This document shows positions 58,111 to 64,000 of a stretch of DNA of 64,000 nucleotides, one piece after another. Numbering within the stretch: position 1 is the first letter of the stretch; every line of letters begins with the position of its first letter. The position numbers and the translations under genes were made by a program. The stretch is from an uncultured Gammaproteobacteria bacterium. GTDB lineage: Bacteria > Patescibacteriota > Patescibacteriia > 2-12-FULL-60-25. The notes beneath the pieces are model-generated. The model saw only the letters and a program-made list of their open reading frames with translations. It ran no database searches and had not been told where the DNA came from. The stretch spans positions 9,910 through 73,909 of the forward strand of contig CAZRJW010000002.1 in the NCBI GenBank assembly GCA_964600845.1, written 5' to 3'.

Positions 58111-58653
58111 TTAGATTATTTGGGCGACGATGGATTGAAGCGTCGAGCCGCCACTCCACTTTTTTAGCAGCGTTCCTTGGGCATCAACTTGCACAAATGT
58201 GTGCTGGTAGGTGACGCCATACTTCTTTTTCAGTTCTGTCGAGGAGTCGTAATCCACAATGAGTAACGAGAGATCATTCGGAAGGCCTTTAAGATGGTTC
58301 TTTATATCCGTGTTAACCGTTTTGCATGTTGGGCACCACGGTGCATAAAAGAATAAAACAACATTCCCTGTTTCTGCCCGGCTAAGTTTTGATGCTTCAT
58401 AGGCTTCGTAGCTCCCCTCGGTGTTCACGAGTATGTTCGTTGCAATCATGGCACTGGTTGATGTCATGGAATTTGAGGCTTCCATTCGTCCCCCAGAAGC
58501 AGGTTCTATAACAGGTTCCATTTTTTGCATTGCAGCCGGTTGTGCGGCTGGCTGCATAGGTTGAGAATTTAGTTTGGATGGACCTTCGCAGCCAGCACCA
58601 ACAAGGATCAAGACGGAAAAGGCTGAGAGAAGGAGGGTGGGGAGTTTGAACAT
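58111..58653 (-). CDS. thioredoxin-family lipoprotein
   Basis: Lipobox LVGAGC; FFYAPWCPTCK (WCxxC). Confidence 0.8.
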   Translation of the reverse strand: MFKLPTLLLSAFSVLILVGAGCEGPSKLNSQPMQPAAQPAAMQKMEPVIEPASGGRMEASNSMTSTSAMIATNILVNTEGSYEAYEASKLSRAETGNVVLFFYAPWCPTCKTVNTDIKNHLKGLPNDLSLLIVDYDSSTELKKKYGVTYQHTFVQVDAQGTLLKKWSGGSTLQSIVAQII

Positions 58654-58700
58654 AGAATGTGAGAGAGGAGCAATGGACCTATCATAGAACAGACAAAAAA

Positions 58701-58724
58701 CTATGTAAAGTTAACTTTACATAG
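58701..58724 (-). terminator. perfect 24-bp palindrome followed by T6 on the minus strand
   Basis: CTATGTAAAGTTAACTTTACATAG. On the minus strand it is followed by tttttt. It lies after the XRE/membrane-protein pair and upstream of the thioredoxin operon. Confidence 0.5.
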
Positions 58725-58743
58725 TCCCTTGAAGCTCTGCATT

Positions 58744-59121
58744 TTAGTTCGTGGAATCTTTGTACAAACGTGCAATCAGTTTTGTGATCACCATGCCGCA
58801 CAATACAATCAGGAGCCATGGGTCGAGTTGATGCTGAAGTGTTTGAACGATGATCCCTGTCACAAGGAGCCCCGTTCCTACAAGGAAGCTGATGCGGCCC
58901 GCAACTTGGCGATGAAGCTGTTCGCGCTCGTCGCCAGTCGTTTCTTTCCAGATAATCCCAGCCAGCAAAAGGAAAGCTACGATAAAGGCGAGTAAAACCA
59001 TGCTCATGAACATGGTCGGCATCCAGAGTTTTTGAAAGGGATTCAGAAACAAGAGGGTGAGTCCAACGAGGATGAGGGACAGAACGAGCTCGCTACGTAA
59101 AATACTATTTTTCATAGGCAA
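58744..59121 (-). CDS. small 4-TM membrane protein (partner of the XRE regulator)
   Basis: 125 aa, four hydrophobic helices. Overlaps the upstream HTH gene by 17 nt. Confidence 0.6.
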   Translation of the reverse strand: MPMKNSILRSELVLSLILVGLTLLFLNPFQKLWMPTMFMSMVLLAFIVAFLLLAGIIWKETTGDEREQLHRQVAGRISFLVGTGLLVTGIIVQTLQHQLDPWLLIVLCGMVITKLIARLYKDSTN

Positions 59122-59317
59122 TAGAGAAGATATCTTCTACGGGTTTCTTGAAAAATTTGGCAATCTTGAGTGCCAAGAGTACGGAGGGCGTATAATTCCC
59201 TTTTTCAATCGCAATCACCGTTTGACGACTGACGCCGAGGGCATCCGCAAACGTTTGCTGAGTAATGTCGGCCTTGGTTCGGAGAGGCGCGACACGATTG
59301 TGTGTCACTTCTGGCAT
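59105..59317 (-). CDS. XRE-family helix-turn-helix transcriptional regulator (short, ~70 aa)
   Basis: LRTKADITQQTFADALGVSRQTVIAIEKGNYTPSVLLALKIAKFF. ATG 59317 preferred over the track's TTG 59353. Confidence 0.8.
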   Translation of the reverse strand: MPEVTHNRVAPLRTKADITQQTFADALGVSRQTVIAIEKGNYTPSVLLALKIAKFFKKPVEDIFSIAYEK

Positions 59318-59403
59318 GGGGGCATCAAACCACGGAAAGCGCGTGTCAAGCAAGCTTTACATGAAGGAATCGCACACATCTGCTAGTATCTAGCGGATCT
59401 CCT

Positions 59404-60345
59404 ATGAACCATTTTTCTCCGTCAACGTTAGTTTTGGATGAGATGGCGGATTTGGCACTCTATCAGAACTTTCGTAAAAATCTACGACAGCCAGAATTGA
59501 TTCGCTTGTTTGATACCTTAATTATCGAGGAGAAAAAGCATGTTGCGTTTTGGCAGAAGAAAACGGAAGTGGTTCCAGAATCACTCGGTATCGTGAGGAC
59601 ATTCAAGGTGGGAGCATTGACGCAATTTGGTCGTCTATTCGGGATCCCAGGAATCTTGTTGGTATTAGAGGCGATTGAAGTCCATGGAATTCGAAAATAT
59701 TTAGATCTCTGGAGCTCAACCTCTGAAGTCTCGCTAAAAGCAGACGTAATGTCGATTCTGAAGGATGAACTGCAGCACGAAGATCACATGATTACGAATG
59801 TTGCAGGACGAAGCGTTCGACCAGAAGTGATCCGCAACGCCTTTCTGGGTTTTAACGATGGCTCGGTTGAAATCTTGGGGGCAGTAAGTGGGTTCTCCGC
59901 CGCCTTCGGAAATGTCTGGCATGTCTTGATCGCTGGCTCGACCGTCGCAGTTGCGGGAGCGCTTTCCATGGCGGTTGGGGCTTTCATGGCCACAAGCGCA
60001 GAACACGAAGTCGCAGCGCTCGATAAACTTCGTCGTCAGGCCCTCAGCATCGAGGGTGAGAAACGAGAATCGGATGCACTTGCGTCGCCACTGAAGGCTG
60101 CACTGCTTGTAGGAATTACCTATCTCGTCGGAGCATTTGTACCAATCTTGCCATTTCTATTCGGTGCACAAAATGCCATTCCATCTATTTTGGTATCGGG
60201 TGTGTTGATCCTGCTCGTCTCTGCAACGCTCGCTTTCCTCTCTGGAATGCGTATTCGTCGTCGGTTACTGATGAATGGGGGATTGATTGCGTTCGCGGTC
60301 ATCGTTTCAACGTTGTTTGGAATGCTGCTAGAACGGTGGAGCTGA
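59404..60345 (+). CDS. VIT1/CCC1-family iron/manganese transporter with N-terminal ferritin-like domain
   Basis: EEKKHVAFW...ELQHEDHM (ferritin-like pair), then FLGFNDGSVEILGAVSGFSAA and C-terminal TM helices. Confidence 0.7.
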   Translation: MNHFSPSTLVLDEMADLALYQNFRKNLRQPELIRLFDTLIIEEKKHVAFWQKKTEVVPESLGIVRTFKVGALTQFGRLFGIPGILLVLEAIEVHGIRKYLDLWSSTSEVSLKADVMSILKDELQHEDHMITNVAGRSVRPEVIRNAFLGFNDGSVEILGAVSGFSAAFGNVWHVLIAGSTVAVAGALSMAVGAFMATSAEHEVAALDKLRRQALSIEGEKRESDALASPLKAALLVGITYLVGAFVPILPFLFGAQNAIPSILVSGVLILLVSATLAFLSGMRIRRRLLMNGGLIAFAVIVSTLFGMLLERWS

Positions 60346-60379
60346 TTTCTTTTGCACCGAAACGCATACACCCGTCGAA

Positions 60380-61185
60380 CCCAAGGGCGCGGATGTCTGC
60401 GCGGGGGTCCGACGGGTGTTGTTGAAGGCTATTCGTCCAGGAGACCCAGGTAGTTGGCGAGTCGCCAGAGACCGTAGAATTCCAGAACGAACGGGAAGAG
60501 GATGAGAAGTCCTCCGATGTAGGGGCCCACCTGTTTGAGCAGGTAGACGAGCGCGAGTGCGTCACTGATGATTGCGGCCACGAAGAGAAGGCCCACGCCG
60601 ATGAATTTTCCAGCGTACTTCCGCGCATCACGCTTCTGTTCCTCGGTCACCGCATCGAAGAGTCGGGTCCCCGGTCCGCCGTGCGCCTTGTGTGCGACGA
60701 CGATCGGCTCGATCGTCTCGTGCCGAGGAGGTGCTCGCTTCACGGCCTGCGTCGGCGCCTCCGGCGGCGCCAGAACGAGCGGCGCCTCCTGCGGGGGCAT
60801 GGGGATGGCGGCCGGGGTTGCGACGGGCGGCAGGCCGCCGATCGTCCGCTTGCGCGAGGTCGCGTTCGCTCGTCGAAACAGCTCCTTCGCGACAGACGCT
60901 GCGGCGAAGAAAACCAGCCTCGTTCGAGGATCAGCCGTGGTGGGCATCTCAGTTGCCAGCTCGTGGAGCAGGTCGCTCTCGAACGCGCGCATGATGCCCT
61001 GGAGGTCCTCATCGCTCTTCTCGGCGAGGAGCAGCTCGATCGTCTCGTGATGTCTCTGCCAGAGTCCCTGGAGAGAGCTGCTTTCGATCCGATCCAGGCC
61101 GCCTACACGGTCCACGATCAGATCAGTAGTGTTAGTTACGATTCGAATGTACCGGCCGTCGTCCATGGGAAAACCCTCCTTGTGG
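60380..61185. other. high-GC compositional island 4
   Basis: GC-rich block with five overlapping long ORFs in the track (60429..61166-, 60568..61050+, 60681..61349+, 60692..60994+, 60740..61012-). Confidence 0.65.
60429..61166 (-). CDS. hypothetical protein with two C-terminal TM helices (high-GC, probably acquired)
   Basis: Canonical SD aaggagg 8 nt upstream of ATG 61166. C-terminal FIGVGLLFVAAIISDALALVYLL and GGLLILFPFVLEFYGLW. Competing frames are Arg-rich artefacts. Confidence 0.6.
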   Translation of the reverse strand: MDDGRYIRIVTNTTDLIVDRVGGLDRIESSSLQGLWQRHHETIELLLAEKSDEDLQGIMRAFESDLLHELATEMPTTADPRTRLVFFAAASVAKELFRRANATSRKRTIGGLPPVATPAAIPMPPQEAPLVLAPPEAPTQAVKRAPPRHETIEPIVVAHKAHGGPGTRLFDAVTEEQKRDARKYAGKFIGVGLLFVAAIISDALALVYLLKQVGPYIGGLLILFPFVLEFYGLWRLANYLGLLDE

Positions 61186-61272
61186 GTACCTGTGTCTTAG
61201 GCGAGACCTACGTTAAACCAGGAAAAATAAGCCGTCAATGTAATAAAATACAGTTTCAATCAGGGGAAGGAG

Positions 61273-61719
61273 CTATTCGCAGGGGATCACTCGATGGATT
61301 TCTGCAAGATAGCGCGGAAAACGGAGTGTTTCTTCGTGTAATTCCTTGAACTTTTGGCGAACCTTCCACTCGGCTACCAGCTGTTTTCTTGCTTGGGCGG
61401 TCTCGACCGAACAGGCGAATGTGAGTACCTCCACTTGGTAGTCGTACGCCTCTGCTACCGCGACGTACGGAGCAAATTCGGCCATAAGAATGTTCGTATT
61501 GTCCACCACGATCCACGGTTCTTTTCGGAAGACTGCTTCCATAAAATCACGAAAGGCGCGTCCATGAAATTCTTTGAGCTTCGAGCCATCAAATTTGAAG
61601 CTTCCATCGGGTTGTATGAAATAGGTGTCGGTTGAAACAATGTAGGCTTGAGGTGCTTGTGTCTTTGCCCAGGTGCTTTTTCCTGAGCCTGAGATACCTC
61701 GAAGAATCGTTACCCGCAT
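61273..61719 (-). CDS. P-loop kinase (AAA_33/polynucleotide-kinase-like ATP-binding protein)
   Basis: MRVTILRGISGSGKSTWAK; VVDNTN Walker-B-like. Confidence 0.6.
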   Translation of the reverse strand: MRVTILRGISGSGKSTWAKTQAPQAYIVSTDTYFIQPDGSFKFDGSKLKEFHGRAFRDFMEAVFRKEPWIVVDNTNILMAEFAPYVAVAEAYDYQVEVLTFACSVETAQARKQLVAEWKVRQKFKELHEETLRFPRYLAEIHRVIPCE

Positions 61720-61864
61720 ATAAAAAGAGTATGCGGTAAAAGAGCGAAAGGGTCAGTAGGTCGTTGTGTATAGATTGATTGACGTCGTTGATGATCGGGG
61801 CTACGCTTTTTAGGAAGGGATGTAAAAGTACAAAAAACAATCCTTATTCCTAAAGCTGCTTAAT

Positions 61865-62092
61865 ATGAATACGATGAACATTCAAGGCTGGCCCTCAGGA
61901 TTTAATGTACAGCCAAACGAGACGCAGACCCGTGGACGTGGGTTAGCGGCTGCCGATCCACAGACACGTGCACGCGTGGCGAGCGCAGGTGGACTCGCCG
62001 TGAGTCAGGATAGAAAACACATGAGCGAGATTGGTCGCCTAGGCGGTCAACATAGTCGTACGAAGGATCGGCAAGAAGAGAGTGGCTTATAG
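61865..62092 (+). CDS. KGG-repeat general-stress-type small protein
   Basis: GRGLAAADPQTRARVASAGGLAVSQDRKHMSEIGRLGGQHS resembles stress-induced KGG repeat proteins. Confidence 0.45.
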   Translation: MNTMNIQGWPSGFNVQPNETQTRGRGLAAADPQTRARVASAGGLAVSQDRKHMSEIGRLGGQHSRTKDRQEESGL

Positions 62093-62440
62093 ATCTTTTC
62101 CGTTGAATTCTGTGACGGGTAGTCCGCTCAGATCCGTATTGTCGAGACAGCGCGCGTTTACAGCGATCATTTCTTGTCCGTCTGGGCCTGCACCTCGTGA
62201 GAAGGAGCGGACTCCGCAGTGCTTGCAGAAAAGATGGTGCAATTGTTTCTTTCCAAATTGATAATCGGTCAGAGCATCTTGGCCTGATTCAAGTGTGAAT
62301 TGAGATGCGGGAACAAATGCGAGTAACCAACCACCTTTGGAACAAATGGAGCAGTTGCAGGACATGAGTTCTTTTAGCTCCACGTTGACCGTATAACGTA
62401 CGGCGCCACAGTGACAGCCGCCGGTGTAGGATTGGTTCAT
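62087..62440 (-). CDS. GFA (glutathione-dependent formaldehyde-activating / CENP-V) family protein
   Basis: From ATG 62440: MNQSYTGGCHCGAVRY...CNCSICSKGG...CKHCG. Confidence 0.75.
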   Translation of the reverse strand: MNQSYTGGCHCGAVRYTVNVELKELMSCNCSICSKGGWLLAFVPASQFTLESGQDALTDYQFGKKQLHHLFCKHCGVRSFSRGAGPDGQEMIAVNARCLDNTDLSGLPVTEFNGKDL

Positions 62441-62513
62441 AGATAGAAAGTAAAGCACACCCGCCGAATTTATTCGACGGGTGTGTCCTCGTTCTGTGCT
62501 TCTGTTCGATTCA

Positions 62514-63071
62514 TTATCTCCCTCCACGCATCATCATGCCACGACCTCCAGGACCTTTTGCTCCGTTTGAACCACCTGGGCCTCGTCCACCGCCATGGCC
62601 ACCCATTGGACCAATGTGCGCAAACTGTTCAGGGATTCCATTGGTTGTCGCCCATTGCTTGAGTTCATCCATTTTTGTTTTCATGGCAGCTTGGCGCTCG
62701 GTTTCGGTTTTGTCTTTCAAACTTTCCATAAACGTCTTGAACTCCGCTTGCTTCGTGGTGATGAGGTCAGCCTGTGCTTGTGTGAGTTTGCCGTTTGTTA
62801 CCGCTTGAGCAAGGCGCGTCTTGAGCGCTTCTGTATGCTTTGCGCCTTTCTCCTGCTGCATTTGCGCATGCTGTTCATCAAAGATTTTTTGGACATCCGC
62901 TTGGTTCAGATTAAACTTTTGCGAAAGGGTCGTGATGAGACTCGCCATCGGATTTGGACGTGTTGTCGCGTTCGTATTTGGCGCGGCGTGAATGGCGGTC
63001 GATCCAAAGGCGGCGACTCCAGCGACGACGGCTGAAGTGATCGCAAGGGTCTTAATCGTTTTCAAATTCAT
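62514..63071 (-). CDS. secreted helical protein with Gly-rich C-terminus (Spy/CpxP- or DUF2680-like)
   Basis: Signal peptide MNLKTIKTLAITSAVVAGVAAFGSTAIHA; helical LTQAQADLI; tail GGHGGGRGPGGSNGAKGPGGRGMMMRGGR. Confidence 0.5.
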   Translation of the reverse strand: MNLKTIKTLAITSAVVAGVAAFGSTAIHAAPNTNATTRPNPMASLITTLSQKFNLNQADVQKIFDEQHAQMQQEKGAKHTEALKTRLAQAVTNGKLTQAQADLITTKQAEFKTFMESLKDKTETERQAAMKTKMDELKQWATTNGIPEQFAHIGPMGGHGGGRGPGGSNGAKGPGGRGMMMRGGR

Positions 63072-63137
63072 AGAGTAAGTGAAGTGAATGAATGCGTGTG
63101 ATCACTTCTCTACGCTATCAGACCACTCGTGAAGGAA

Positions 63138-64000
63138 TTATGAAGGGCGAGAAAGGGGGAGGAGAATCGTGAGTGTGGTTCCTTTCCCAAGCTCACTTTT
63201 TAGCTGAAGAGAGCCCTGTAACTGCTCAATAATCGTGCGCGTGATGGCGAGGCCAAGACCACTTCCACCTGTGAGACGTGAGCGGCTTTTGTCGACGCGA
63301 TAGAATCGATCAAAGATTTTATCCACATCCTCTTTTGAGATACCGATACCTGTATCTTGAATGCGAATACGAGCATGGGTGGAATCTTTCTCAAGCAGAA
63401 TCTGAACTGTTCCTTGAGGTTTATTGTATGTAATAGCGTTTTTGACGATATTCCCCAGCGCCTGTGTTAAAAGGGATTCTTGGGTGATGACGTGAAGTAC
63501 TGGAATCGCAGAAGAGTAATTCAGTATCACATCGTGTTGGGTTGCGAATGCCTCAAATCGATTGATCGTCGCTTGTAGGAGGGCGGATAGATTAACGGAT
63601 TTTTTCGGTTCTTCAGAAATGGCGGTTTCGTCTACCTGTGAAAGGAGAAGAAGATCTTTTACGAGTGCAGTCATGCGAGCCACTTCTTCAAGATGGCTTG
63701 TAGCCTGCTCGCGTATTTCCACGGAGATTGTTTGATTCGATAAAATATTCTCTAGGTCAGCTTGGAGAATCGCGAGAGGTGTTCGGAGTTCGTGCGAAGC
63801 ATCACTTAAAAAACGACGCTGTCGTTCGTAGAGTTCTTGAATGGGTGCCAGTGTTACGCCAGCAAGCCAATAGCTCAGAGCAGCGGCTAGGATGAGAAGG
63901 AGGCTATTCACTAAAATGAGCGATTTTGTCAGATCACGAAGAACATCTTCCGGTCGAGGAGCGACGACACCTTCGGAAAGATGTATTGGTTGACGAGGAG
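63138..64000 (-). CDS. sensor histidine kinase (5' end beyond window)
   Basis: H-box SHELRTPL; N, G1 and G2 boxes (NAITYN, DTGIGI, GGSGLGLAI). The reading frame stays open upstream to the window edge. Confidence 0.85.
   Translation of the reverse strand, partial: PRQPIHLSEGVVAPRPEDVLRDLTKSLILVNSLLLILAAALSYWLAGVTLAPIQELYERQRRFLSDASHELRTPLAILQADLENILSNQTISVEIREQATSHLEEVARMTALVKDLLLLSQVDETAISEEPKKSVNLSALLQATINRFEAFATQHDVILNYSSAIPVLHVITQESLLTQALGNIVKNAITYNKPQGTVQILLEKDSTHARIRIQDTGIGISKEDVDKIFDRFYRVDKSRSRLTGGSGLGLAITRTIIEQLQGSLQLKSELGKGTTLTILLPLSRPS

Noticed and set aside
58701-58724. The 24-bp perfect palindrome as a dedicated operator or mobile-element end
   Set aside because: It is followed by T6 on the minus strand directly after a gene end, so an intrinsic terminator is the simplest reading. 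The operator idea is kept only as a low-interest finding.

Overview
About 50% GC bacterial DNA, gene-dense, standard genetic code (TGA, TAA and TAG all terminate genes). The core is a ribosomal/translation backbone: secE-nusG-rplK-(insert)-rplA at 17.4-20.8 kb, and rpsL-rpsG-fusA-(orf)-tuf-rpsJ-rplC...rplO-secY-(2 orfs)-adk-map-mutM at 25.5-45.7 kb. It is surrounded by many signal-peptide or membrane-anchored hypothetical proteins. There are three tRNAs (Gly-GCC, Pro-TGG, Pro-GGG). I found no rRNA, CRISPR array, transposase, integrase or reverse transcriptase. The missing L30 gene, the 61-aa zinc-type S14, the surface-protein repertoire (DUF4012-like, lamin-tail-domain, T4SS-pilin-like) and near-absent Shine-Dalgarno use suggest a Patescibacteria/CPR-type genome; this is inference. 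Main second-look items: (1) a 7-nt tandem repeat that separates a signal-peptide ORF from a start-less continuation of a T4SS-pilin-like surface protein gene; losing one unit fuses the two, so this is a candidate phase-variation switch. (2) Four discrete high-GC, GC3-rich single-gene islands that carry canonical SD sites. One is a cdsA wedged on the opposite strand between rplK and rplA, and two abut tRNA 3' ends. (3) A pyrimidine-rich CCTCC/CTCCT-like tract directly abutting ATG in about 28 native genes, in place of an SD. (4) An apparently leaderless lexA overlapped by three GTTC tetramers at 11-bp spacing. (5) A decayed membrane-anchored msrB beside a CcdA/thioredoxin module. All product calls come from motif recognition by eye. 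No searches or computations were run, and GC values are visual estimates.
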